Origin: Auanema rhodensis
Lineage: Eukaryota; Animalia; Nematoda
Direction: 5' to 3'
Length of the DNA stretch: 64,000 bases
Assembly: GCA_964057225.1 (NCBI GenBank)
Contig: OZ059897.1
Coordinates: forward strand, 9,424,001 to 9,488,000
Part shown: piece after piece, positions 1-11,855 of the stretch
How the letters are laid out: each line of letters opens with the position of its first letter
Position numbering within the stretch: position 1 is the first letter of the stretch
The notes under the pieces: generated by a model
What the model was told of the DNA's origin: nothing
The model's database searches: none
Seen by the model: only the letters and a program-made list of their open reading frames with translations
Made by a program: the position numbers and the translations under genes

Positions 1-51
1 TACGTTATGCTCTGAACATCTAAATGATTCAATACAATATTAGAAATCACA

Positions 52-124
52 GCCCGGTTAGCTCAGTCGGTAGAGCACCAGACTCTTAATCTGGCTGTCG
101 CGGGTTCGAGCCCCGCATCGGGCT
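52..124 (+). tRNA. tRNA-Lys-CTT: tRNA-Lys, anticodon CTT (representative copy of the array)
   Basis: Cloverleaf: acceptor GCCCGGT/ATCGGGC, D stem GCTC/GAGC, anticodon arm CCAGA-CT[CTT]AA-TCTGG (anticodon 85-87), T arm GCGGG-TTCGAGC-CCCGC. A box TAGCTCAGTCGG, B box GGTTCGAGCCC. Very close to the nematode Lys-CTT sequence as I recall it. Confidence 0.98.
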
Positions 125-129
125 TTAAG

Positions 130-144
130 TTTTACCTTTTATTT
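130..144 (+). terminator. Pol III oligo-T terminator downstream of the tRNA (present in every unit)
   Basis: TTTTACCTTTTATTT begins a few nt after the discriminator base. Confidence 0.8.
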
Positions 145-3100
145 GAAATTATAACGTTTATTTTGAAAATTTATTCCTAACCTCTTTCTGATCAGATAGA
201 ATTCTGTAGATGTAACATTGTTTCAGTTCTTAGAACTCTATTTAAGTGTTTTCAAACTTTGTATAGATAACAAGAAAAATAAAATGATAGAGATAGAACA
301 CTTCTAAGATCTTGATCTAAAATTTTTCTGACGGACTGATCCATTAGAACCAAAGATAACAAGAATTATTCTGATTTCACCTGCATAAAGATCCAGTAGA
401 AAATTACGTTATGCTCTGAACATCTAAATGATTCAATACAATATTAGAAATCACAGCCCGGTTAGCTCAGTCGGTAGAGCACCAGACTCTTAATCTGGCT
501 GTCGCGGGTTCGAGCCCCGCATCGGGCTTTAAGTTTTACCTTTCATTTGAAATTATAACGTTTATTTTGAAATTTCATTTCTAACCTCTTTCTGATCAGA
601 TAGAATTCTGTAGATGTAACATTGTTTCAGTTCTTAGAACTCTGTTTAAGTGTTTTCAAACTTTGTATAGATAACAAGAAAAATAAAATGATAGAGATAG
701 AACACTTCTAAGATCTTGATCTAAAATTTTTCTGACGGACTGATCCATTAGAACCAAAGATAACAAGAATTATTCTGATTTCACCTGCATAAAGATCCAG
801 TAGAAAATTACGTTATGCTCTGAACATCTAAATGATTCAATACAATATTAGAAATCACAGCCCGGTTAGCTCAGTCGGTAGAGCACCAGACTCTTAATCT
901 GGCTGTCGCGGGTTCGAGCCCCGCATCGGGCTTTAAGTTTTACCTTTTATTTGAAATTATAACGTTTATTTTGAAAATTTATTCCTAACCTCTTTCTGAT
1001 CAGATAGAATTCTGTAGATGTAACATTGTTTCAGTTCTTAGAACTCTGTTTAAGTGTTTTGAAACTTTGTATAGATAACAAGAAAAATAAAATGATAGAG
1101 ATAGAACACTTCTAAGATCTTGATCTAAAATTTTTCTGACGGACTGATCAATTAGAACCAAAGATAACAAGAATTATTCTGATTTCACCTGCATAAAGAT
1201 CCAGTAGAAAATTACGTTATGCTATGAACATCTAAATGATTCAATACAATATTAGAAATCACAGCCCGGTTAGCTCAGTCGGTAGAGCACCAGACTCTTA
1301 ATCTGGCTGTCGCGGGTTCGAGCCCCGCATCGGGCTTTAAGTTTTACCTTTTATTTGAAATTATAACGTTTATTTTGAAAATTTATTCCTAACCTCTTTC
1401 TGATCAGATAGAATTCTGTAGATGTAACATTGTTTCAGTTCTTAGAACTCTGTTTAAGTGTTTTCAAACTTTGTATAGATAACAAGAAAAATAAAATGAT
1501 AGAGATAGAACACTTCTAAGATCTTGATCTAAAATTTTTCTGACGGACTGATCCATTAGAACCAAAGATAACAAGAATTATTCTGATTTCACCTGCATAA
1601 AGATCCAGTAGAAAATTACGTTATGCTCTGAACATCTAAATGATTCAATACAATATTAGAAATCACAGCCCGGTTAGCTCAGTCGGTAGAGCACCAGACT
1701 CTTAATCTGGCTGTCGCGGGTTCGAGCCCCGCATCGGGCTTTAAGTTTTACCTTTTATTTGAAATTATAACGTTTATTTTGAAAATTTATTCCTAACCTC
1801 TTTCTGATCAGATAGAATTCTGTAGATGTAACATTGTTTCAGTTCTTAGAACTCTGTTTAAGTGTTTTCAAACTTTGTATAGATAACAAGAAAAATAAAA
1901 TGATAGAGATAGAACACTTCTAAGATCTTGATCCAAGGTTTTTCTGACGGACTGATCCATTAGAACCAAAGATAACAAGAATTATTCTGATTTCACCTGC
2001 ATAAAGATCCAGTAGAAAATTACGTTATGCTCTGAACATCTAAATGATTCAATACAATATTAGAAATCACAGCCCGGTTAGCTCAGTCGGTAGAGCACCA
2101 GACTCTTAATCTGGCTGTCGCGGGTTCGAGCCCCGCATCGGGCTTTAAGTTTTACCTTTTATTTGAAATTATAACGTTTATTTTGAAAATTTATTCCTAA
2201 CCTTTTTCTGATCAGATAGAATTCTGTAGATGTAACATTGTTTCAGTTCTTAGAACTCTGTTTAAGTGTTTTCAAACTTTGTATAGATAACAAGAAAAAT
2301 AAAATGATAGAGATAGAACACTTCTAAGATCTTGATCCAAGGTTTTTCTGACGGACTGATCCATTAGAACCAAAGATAACAAGAATTATTCTGATTTCAC
2401 CTGCATAAAGATCCAGTAGAAAATTACGTTATGCTCTGAACATCTAAATGATTCAATACAATATTAGAAATCACAGCCCGGTTAGCTCAGTCGGTAGAGC
2501 ACCAGACTCTTAATCTGGCTGTCGCGGGTTCGAGCCCCGCATCGGGCTTTAAGTTTTACCTTTCATTTGAAATTATAACGTTTATTTTGAAAATTTATTC
2601 CTAACCTCTTTCTGATCAGATAGAATTCTGTAGATGTAACATTGTTTCAGTTCTTAGAACTCTGTTTAAGTGTTTTCAAACTTTGTATAGATAACAAGAA
2701 AAATAAAATGATAGAGATAGAACACTTCTAAGATCTTGATCCAAGGTTTTTCTGACGGACTGATCCATTAGAACCAAAGATAACAAGAATTATTCTGATT
2801 TCACCTGCATAAAGATCCAGTAGAAAATTACGTTATGCTCTGAACATCTAAATGATTCAATACAATATTAGAAATCACAGCCCGGTTAGCTCAGTCGGTA
2901 GAGCACCAGACTCTTAATCTGGCTGTCGCGGGTTCGAGCCCCGCATCGGGCTTTACGTTTTACCTTTTATTTGAAATTATAACGTTTATTTTGAAAATTT
3001 ATTCCTAACCTCTTTCTGATCAGATAGAATTCTGTAGATGTAACATTGTTTCAGTTCTTAGAACTCTGTTTAAGTGTTTTCAAACTTTGTATAGATAACA

Positions 3101-6100
3101 AGAAAAATAAAATGATAGAGATAGAACACTTCTAAGATCTTGATCCAAGGTTTTTCTGACGGACTGATCCATTAGAACCAAAGATAACAAGAATTATTCT
3201 GATTTCACCTGCATAAAGATCCAGTAGAAAATTACGTTATGCTCTGAACATCTAAATGATTCAATACAATATTAGAAATCACAGCCCGGTTAGCTCAGTC
3301 GGTAGAGCACCAGACTCTTAATCTGGCTGTCGCGGGTTCGAGCCCCGCATCGGGCTTTAAGTTTTACCTTTTATTTGAAATTATAACGTTTATTTTGAAA
3401 ATTTATTCCTAACCTCTTTCTGATCAGATAGAATTCTGTAGATGTAACATTGTTTCAGTTCTTAGAACTCTGTTTAAGTGTTTTGAAACTTTGTATAGAT
3501 AACAAGAAAAATAAAATGATAGAGATAGAACACTTCTAAGATCTTGATCTAAAATTTTTCTGACGGACTGATCAATTAGAACCAAAGATAACAAGAATTA
3601 TTCTGATTTCACCTGCATAAAGATCCAGTAGAAAATTACGTTATGCTCTGAACATCTAAATGATTCAATACAATATTAGAAATCACAGCCCGGTTAGCTC
3701 AGTCGGTAGAGCACCAGACTCTTAATCTGGCTGTCGCGGGTTCGAGCCCCGCATCGGGCTTTAAGTTTTACCTTTTATTTGAAATTATAACGTTTATTTT
3801 GAAAATTTATTCCTAACCTCTTTCTGATCAGATAGAATTCTGTAGATGTAACATTGTTTCAGTTCTTAGAACTCTGTTTAAGTGTTTTCAAACTTTGTAT
3901 AGATAACAAGAAAAATAAAATGATAGAGATAGAACACTTCTAAGATCTTGATCTAAAATTTTTCTGACGGACTGATCCATTAGAACCAAAGATAACAAGA
4001 ATTATTCTGATTTCACCTGCATAAAGATCCAGTAGAAAATTACGTTATGCTCTGAACATCTAAATGATTCAATACAATATTAGAAATCACAGCCCGGTTA
4101 GCTCAGTCGGTAGAGCACCAGACTCTTAATCTGGCTGTCGCGGGTTCGAGCCCCGCATCGGGCTTTAAGTTTTACCTTTTATTTGAAATTATAACGTTTA
4201 TTTTGAAAATTTATTCCTAACCTCTTTCTGATCAGATAGAATTCTGTAGATGTAACATTGTTTCAGTTCTTAGAACTCTGTTTAAGTGTTTTCAAACTTT
4301 GTATAGATAACAAGAAAAATAAAATGATAGAGATAGAACACTTCTAAGATCTTGATCCAAGGTTTTTCTGACGGACTGATCCATTAGAACCAAAGATAAC
4401 AAGAATTATTCTGATTTCACCTGCATAAAGATCCAGTAGAAAATTACGTTATGCTCTGAACATCTAAATGATTCAATACAATATTAGAAATCACAGCCCG
4501 GTTAGCTCAGTCGGTAGAGCACCAGACTCTTAATCTGGCTGTCGCGGGTTCGAGCCCCGCATCGGGCTTTAAGTTTTACCTTTTATTTGAAATTATAACG
4601 TTTATTTTGAAAATTTATTCCTAACCTTTTTCTGATCAGATAGAATTCTGTAGATGTAACATTGTTTCAGTTCTTAGAACTCTGTTTAAGTGTTTTCAAA
4701 CTTTGTATAGATAACAAGAAAAATAAAATGATAGAGATAGAACACTTCTAAGATCTTGATCCAAGGTTTTTCTGACGGACTGATCCATTAGAACCAAAGA
4801 TAACAAGAATTATTCTGATTTCACCTGCATAAAGATCCAGTAGAAAATTACGTTATGCTCTGAACATCTAAATGATTCAATACAATATTAGAAATCACAG
4901 CCCGGTTAGCTCAGTCGGTAGAGCACCAGACTCTTAATCTGGCTGTCGCGGGTTCGAGCCCCGCATCGGGCTTTAAGTTTTACCTTTCATTTGAAATTAT
5001 AACGTTTATTTTGAAAATTTATTCCTAACCTCTTTCTGATCAGATAGAATTCTGTAGATGTAACATTGTTTCAGTTCTTAGAACTCTGTTTAAGTGTTTT
5101 CAAACTTTGTATAGATAACAAGAAAAATAAAATGATAGAGATAGAACACTTCTAAGATCTTGATCCAAGGTTTTTCTGACGGACTGATCCATTAGAACCA
5201 AAGATAACAAGAATTATTCTGATTTCACCTGCATAAAGATCCAGTAGAAAATTACGTTATGCTCTGAACATCTAAATGATTCAATACAATATTAGAAATC
5301 ACAGCCCGGTTAGCTCAGTCGGTAGAGCACCAGACTCTTAATCTGGCTGTCGCGGGTTCGAGCCCCGCATCGGGCTTTACGTTTTACCTTTTATTTGAAA
5401 TTATAACGTTTATTTTGAAAATTTATTCCTAACCTCTTTCTGATCAGATAGAATTCTGTAGATGTAACATTGTTTCAGTTCTTAGAACTCTGTTTAAGTG
5501 TTTTCAAACTTTGTATAGATAACAAGAAAAATAAAATGATAGAGATAGAACACTTCTAAGATCTTGATCCAAGGTTTTTCTGACGGACTGATCCATTAGA
5601 ACCAAAGATAACAAGAATTATTCTGATTTCACCTGCATAAAGATCCAGTAGAAAATTACGTTATGCTCTGAACATCTAAATGATTCAATACAATATTAGA
5701 AATCACAGCCCGGTTAGCTCAGTCGGTAGAGCACCAGACTCTTAATCTGGCTGTCGCGGGTTCGAGCCCCGCATCGGGCTTTAAGTTTTACCTTTTATTT
5801 GAAATTATAACGTTTATTTTGAAAATTTATTCCTAACCTCTTTCTGATCAGATAGAATTCTGTAGATGTAACATTGTTTCAGTTCTTAGAACTCTGTTTA
5901 AGTGTTTTGAAACTTTGTATAGATAACAAGAAAAATAAAATGATAGAGATAGAACACTTCTAAGATCTTGATCTAAAATTTTTCTGACGGACTGATCAAT
6001 TAGAACCAAAGATAACAAGAATTATTCTGATTTCACCTGCATAAAGATCCAGTAGAAAATTACGTTATGCTCTGAACATCTAAATGATTCAATACAATAT

Positions 6101-9100
6101 TAGAAATCACAGCCCGGTTAGCTCAGTCGGTAGAGCACCAGACTCTTAATCTGGCTGTCGCGGGTTCGAGCCCCGCATCGGGCTTTAAGTTTTACCTTTT
6201 ATTTGAAATTATAACGTTTATTTTGAAAATTTATTCCTAACCTCTTTCTGATCAGATAGAATTCTGTAGATGTAACATTGTTTCAGTTCTTAGAACTCTA
6301 TTTAAGTGTTTTCAAACTTTGTATAGATAACAAGAAAAATAAAATGATAGAGATAGAACACTTCTAAGATCTTGATCTAAAATTTTTCTGACGGACTGAT
6401 CCATTAGAACCAAAGATAACAAGAATTATTCTGATTTCACCTGCATAAAGATCCAGTAGAAAATTACGTTATGCTCTGAACATCTAAATGATTCAATACA
6501 ATATTAGAAATCACAGCCCGGTTAGCTCAGTCGGTAGAGCACCAGACTCTTAATCTGGCTGTCGCGGGTTCGAGCCCCGCATCGGGCTTTAAGTTTTACC
6601 TTTCATTTGAAATTATAACGTTTATTTTGAAATTTCATTTCTAACCTCTTTCTGATCAGATAGAATTCTGTAGATGTAACATTGTTTCAGTTCTTAGAAC
6701 TCTGTTTAAGTGTTTTCAAACTTTGTATAGATAACAAGAAAAATAAAATGATAGAGATAGAACACTTCTAAGATCTTGATCTAAAATTTTTCTGACGGAC
6801 TGATCCATTAGAACCAAAGATAACAAGAATTATTCTGATTTCACCTGCATAAAGATCCAGTAGAAAATTACGTTATGCTCTGAACATCTAAATGATTCAA
6901 TACAATATTAGAAATCACAGCCCGGTTAGCTCAGTCGGTAGAGCACCAGACTCTTAATCTGGCTGTCGCGGGTTCGAGCCCCGCATCGGGCTTTAAGTTT
7001 TACCTTTTATTTGAAATTATAACGTTTATTTTGAAAATTTATTCCTAACCTCTTTCTGATCAGATAGAATTCTGTAGATGTAACATTGTTTCAGTTCTTA
7101 GAACTCTGTTTAAGTGTTTTGAAACTTTGTATAGATAACAAGAAAAATAAAATGATAGAGATAGAACACTTCTAAGATCTTGATCTAAAATTTTTCTGAC
7201 GGACTGATCAATTAGAACCAAAGATAACAAGAATTATTCTGATTTCACCTGCATAAAGATCCAGTAGAAAATTACGTTATGCTATGAACATCTAAATGAT
7301 TCAATACAATATTAGAAATCACAGCCCGGTTAGCTCAGTCGGTAGAGCACCAGACTCTTAATCTGGCTGTCGCGGGTTCGAGCCCCGCATCGGGCTTTAA
7401 GTTTTACCTTTTATTTGAAATTATAACGTTTATTTTGAAAATTTATTCCTAACCTCTTTCTGATCAGATAGAATTCTGTAGATGTAACATTGTTTCAGTT
7501 CTTAGAACTCTGTTTAAGTGTTTTCAAACTTTGTATAGATAACAAGAAAAATAAAATGATAGAGATAGAACACTTCTAAGATCTTGATCTAAAATTTTTC
7601 TGACGGACTGATCCATTAGAACCAAAGATAACAAGAATTATTCTGATTTCACCTGCATAAAGATCCAGTAGAAAATTACGTTATGCTCTGAACATCTAAA
7701 TGATTCAATACAATATTAGAAATCACAGCCCGGTTAGCTCAGTCGGTAGAGCACCAGACTCTTAATCTGGCTGTCGCGGGTTCGAGCCCCGCATCGGGCT
7801 TTAAGTTTTACCTTTTATTTGAAATTATAACGTTTATTTTGAAAATTTATTCCTAACCTCTTTCTGATCAGATAGAATTCTGTAGATGTAACATTGTTTC
7901 AGTTCTTAGAACTCTGTTTAAGTGTTTTCAAACTTTGTATAGATAACAAGAAAAATAAAATGATAGAGATAGAACACTTCTAAGATCTTGATCCAAGGTT
8001 TTTCTGACGGACTGATCCATTAGAACCAAAGATAACAAGAATTATTCTGATTTCACCTGCATAAAGATCCAGTAGAAAATTACGTTATGCTCTGAACATC
8101 TAAATGATTCAATACAATATTAGAAATCACAGCCCGGTTAGCTCAGTCGGTAGAGCACCAGACTCTTAATCTGGCTGTCGCGGGTTCGAGCCCCGCATCG
8201 GGCTTTAAGTTTTACCTTTTATTTGAAATTATAACGTTTATTTTGAAAATTTATTCCTAACCTTTTTCTGATCAGATAGAATTCTGTAGATGTAACATTG
8301 TTTCAGTTCTTAGAACTCTGTTTAAGTGTTTTCAAACTTTGTATAGATAACAAGAAAAATAAAATGATAGAGATAGAACACTTCTAAGATCTTGATCCAA
8401 GGTTTTTCTGACGGACTGATCCATTAGAACCAAAGATAACAAGAATTATTCTGATTTCACCTGCATAAAGATCCAGTAGAAAATTACGTTATGCTCTGAA
8501 CATCTAAATGATTCAATACAATATTAGAAATCACAGCCCGGTTAGCTCAGTCGGTAGAGCACCAGACTCTTAATCTGGCTGTCGCGGGTTCGAGCCCCGC
8601 ATCGGGCTTTAAGTTTTACCTTTCATTTGAAATTATAACGTTTATTTTGAAAATTTATTCCTAACCTCTTTCTGATCAGATAGAATTCTGTAGATGTAAC
8701 ATTGTTTCAGTTCTTAGAACTCTGTTTAAGTGTTTTCAAACTTTGTATAGATAACAAGAAAAATAAAATGATAGAGATAGAACACTTCTAAGATCTTGAT
8801 CCAAGGTTTTTCTGACGGACTGATCCATTAGAACCAAAGATAACAAGAATTATTCTGATTTCACCTGCATAAAGATCCAGTAGAAAATTACGTTATGCTC
8901 TGAACATCTAAATGATTCAATACAATATTAGAAATCACAGCCCGGTTAGCTCAGTCGGTAGAGCACCAGACTCTTAATCTGGCTGTCGCGGGTTCGAGCC
9001 CCGCATCGGGCTTTACGTTTTACCTTTTATTTGAAATTATAACGTTTATTTTGAAAATTTATTCCTAACCTCTTTCTGATCAGATAGAATTCTGTAGATG

Positions 9101-10959
9101 TAACATTGTTTCAGTTCTTAGAACTCTGTTTAAGTGTTTTCAAACTTTGTATAGATAACAAGAAAAATAAAATGATAGAGATAGAACACTTCTAAGATCT
9201 TGATCCAAGGTTTTTCTGACGGACTGATCCATTAGAACCAAAGATAACAAGAATTATTCTGATTTCACCTGCATAAAGATCCAGTAGAAAATTACGTTAT
9301 GCTCTGAACATCTAAATGATTCAATACAATATTAGAAATCACAGCCCGGTTAGCTCAGTCGGTAGAGCACCAGACTCTTAATCTGGCTGTCGCGGGTTCG
9401 AGCCCCGCATCGGGCTTTAAGTTTTACCTTTTATTTGAAATTATAACGTTTATTTTGAAAATTTATTCCTAACCTCTTTCTGATCAGATAGAATTCTGTA
9501 GATGTAACATTGTTTCAGTTCTTAGAACTCTGTTTAAGTGTTTTGAAACTTTGTATAGATAACAAGAAAAATAAAATGATAGAGATAGAACACTTCTAAG
9601 ATCTTGATCTAAAATTTTTCTGACGGACTGATCAATTAGAACCAAAGATAACAAGAATTATTCTGATTTCACCTGCATAAAGATCCAGTAGAAAATTACG
9701 TTATGCTCTGAACATCTAAATGATTCAATACAATATTAGAAATCACAGCCCGGTTAGCTCAGTCGGTAGAGCACCAGACTCTTAATCTGGCTGTCGCGGG
9801 TTCGAGCCCCGCATCGGGCTTTAAATTTTACCTTTTATTTGAAATTATAACGTTTATTTTGAAAATTTATTCCTAACCTCTTTCTGATCAGATAGAATTC
9901 TGTAGATGTAACATTGTTTCAGTTCTTAGAACTCTATTTAAGTGTTTTCAAACTTTGTATAGATAACAAGAAAAATAAAATGATAGAGATAGAACACTTC
10001 TAAGATCTTGATCTAAAATTTTTCTGACGGACTGATCCATTAGAACCAAAGATAACAAGAATTATTCTGATTTCACCTGCATAAAGATTCAGTAGAAAAT
10101 TACGTTATGCTCTGAACATCTAAATGATTCAATACAATATTAGAAATCACAGCCCGGTTAGCTCAGTCGGTAGAGCACCAGACTCTTAATCTGGCTGTCG
10201 CGGGTTCGAGCCCCGCATCGGGCTTTAAGTTTTACCTTTCATTTGAAATTATAACGTTTATTTTGAAATTTCATTTCTAACCTCTTTCTGATCAGATAGA
10301 ATTCTGTAGATGTAACATTGTTTCAGTTCTTAGAACTCTGTTTAAGTGTTTTCAAACTTTGTATAGATAACAAGAAAAATAAAATGATAGAGATAGAACA
10401 CTTCTAAGATCTTGATCTAAAATTTTTCTGACGGACTGATCCATTAGAACCAAAGATAACAAGAATTATTCTGATTTCACCTGCATAAAGATCCAGTAGA
10501 AAATTACGTTATGCTCTGAACATCTAAATGATTCAATACAATATTAGAAATCACAGCCCGGTTAGCTCAGTCGGTAGAGCACCAGACTCTTAATCTGGCT
10601 GTCGCGGGTTCGAGCCCCGCATCGGGCTTTAAGTTTTACCTTTTATTTGAAATTTGAAAGTTTATTTTGAAAATTCATTTCTAACCTCTTTCTGATCAGA
10701 TAGAATTCTGTAGATGTAACATTGTTTCAGTTCTTAGAACTCTGTTTAAGTGTTTTCAAACTTTGTATAGATAACAAGAAAAATAAAATGATAGAGATAG
10801 AACACTTCTAAGATCTTGATCTAAAATTTTTCTGACGGACTGATCCATTAGAACCAAAGATAACAAGAATTATTCTGATTTCACCTGCATAAAGATCCAG
10901 TAGAAAATTACGTTATGCTCTGAACATCTAAATGATTCAATACAATATTAGAAATCACA

Positions 10960-11032
10960 GCCCGGTTAGCTCAGTCGGTAGTGCACCAGACTCTTAATCT
11001 GGCTGTCGCGGGTTCGAGCCCCGCATCGGGCT
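10960..11032 (+). tRNA. Variant tRNA-Lys(CTT) copy, A23T (D-stem mismatch)
   Basis: GGTAGTGCACC instead of GGTAGAGCACC at 10982. Confidence 0.85.
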
Positions 11033-11363
11033 TTAAGTTTTACCTTTTATTTGAAATTATAACGTTTATTTTGAAAATTTATTCCTAACCTCTTTCTGAT
11101 CAGATAGAATTCTGTAGATGTAACATTGTTTCAGTTCTTAGAACTCTGTTTAAGTGTTTTCAAACTTTGTATAGATAACAAGAAAAATAAAATGATAGAG
11201 ATAGAACACTTCTAAGATCTTGATCTAAAATTTTTCTGACGGACTGATCCATTAGAACCAAAGATAACAAGAATTATTCTGATTTCACCTGCATAAAGAT
11301 CCAGTAGAAAATTACGTTATGCTCTGAACATCTAAATGATTCAATACAATATTAGAAATCACA

Positions 11364-11427
11364 GCCCGGTTAGCTCAGTCGGTAGAGCACCAGACTCTTA
11401 ATCTGGCTGTCGCGGGTTCGAGCCCCG
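11364..11427 (+). pseudogene. 5' part (nt 1-64) of the tRNA-Lys gene disrupted by the BEL/Pao insertion; the 3' remainder is at 24437-24450
   Basis: tRNA sequence stops after GGTTCGAGCCCCG and resumes as CCCCGCATCGGGCT after the element. Confidence 0.95.
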
Positions 11428-11843
11428 TATCGCGAATGCGATTATTCATCATTCAATCGATGCAATCTCATCACGTTGGCTGATGAGATTCACGGGCACT
11501 CTGTTTTTATACCACCGTCGCGGACGGTCGCTTTTCTCTCTCCTCGTTGCTGTCTTTATCTTATGACTCATCTAGTCTGAACCACCGTTTTATCCTTGTC
11601 CTTTAGTAAGACTATCTCTAGTCTCATTAGTGATGTATATCTAGTCTTATTACATTCACTCTAGTCTTCTATGTACTTTATCTAGTCTTATTATATATCT
11701 TCTAGTCCTTATATTCTGTATTATGTATATCTGAATGGCATATGAATGAATCTTCCTTCCTCTAATAGTCTTTTACGTTAACAGGGCATAGAATAGAAAG
11801 TGTGAACCTGGGAGGCTTTTTGAAGAGCCCTCTATCTTGAAAA
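11428..11843 (+). repeat. 5' LTR of the BEL/Pao element (TATCG...TTGAAAA)
   Basis: Direct repeat of 24021-24436, identical by eye except within the last 5 nt; followed directly by the PBS. Confidence 0.95.
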
Positions 11844-11855
11844 TGGTGCATCGGC
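11844..11855 (+). promoter_or_regulatory. Primer-binding site, probably tRNA-Gly(GCC)
   Basis: TGGTGCATCGGC is complementary to ...GCCGATGCA-CCA, a tRNA-Gly(GCC)-type 3' end. Confidence 0.8.

Larger units (their letters stand above)
1..11427 (+). repeat. tRNA-Lys(CTT) tandem array, block 1 (404-bp unit; 28 full-length tRNA copies at 52+404n plus the interrupted copy at 11364)
   Basis: Exact 404-bp periodicity; each unit has a 73-nt tRNA and a 331-bp AT-rich spacer; units differ by few SNPs. Confidence 0.99.

Noticed and set aside
1-11427. CRISPR-like or SINE interpretation of the repeat
   Set aside because: Spacers are near-identical rather than unique and no cas genes are present; the tRNA is complete with its own terminator and has no SINE tail or TSDs.
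11480-11510. Hammerhead ribozyme core (CTGATGAG) in the BEL LTR
   Set aside because: No GAAA after a stem II; the motif is one arm of a simple hairpin.
11844-11855. Idea that the elements use the array's tRNA-Lys as primer
   Set aside because: The PBS sequences match Gly and Gln types; a Lys PBS would read TGGAGCCCGATG.
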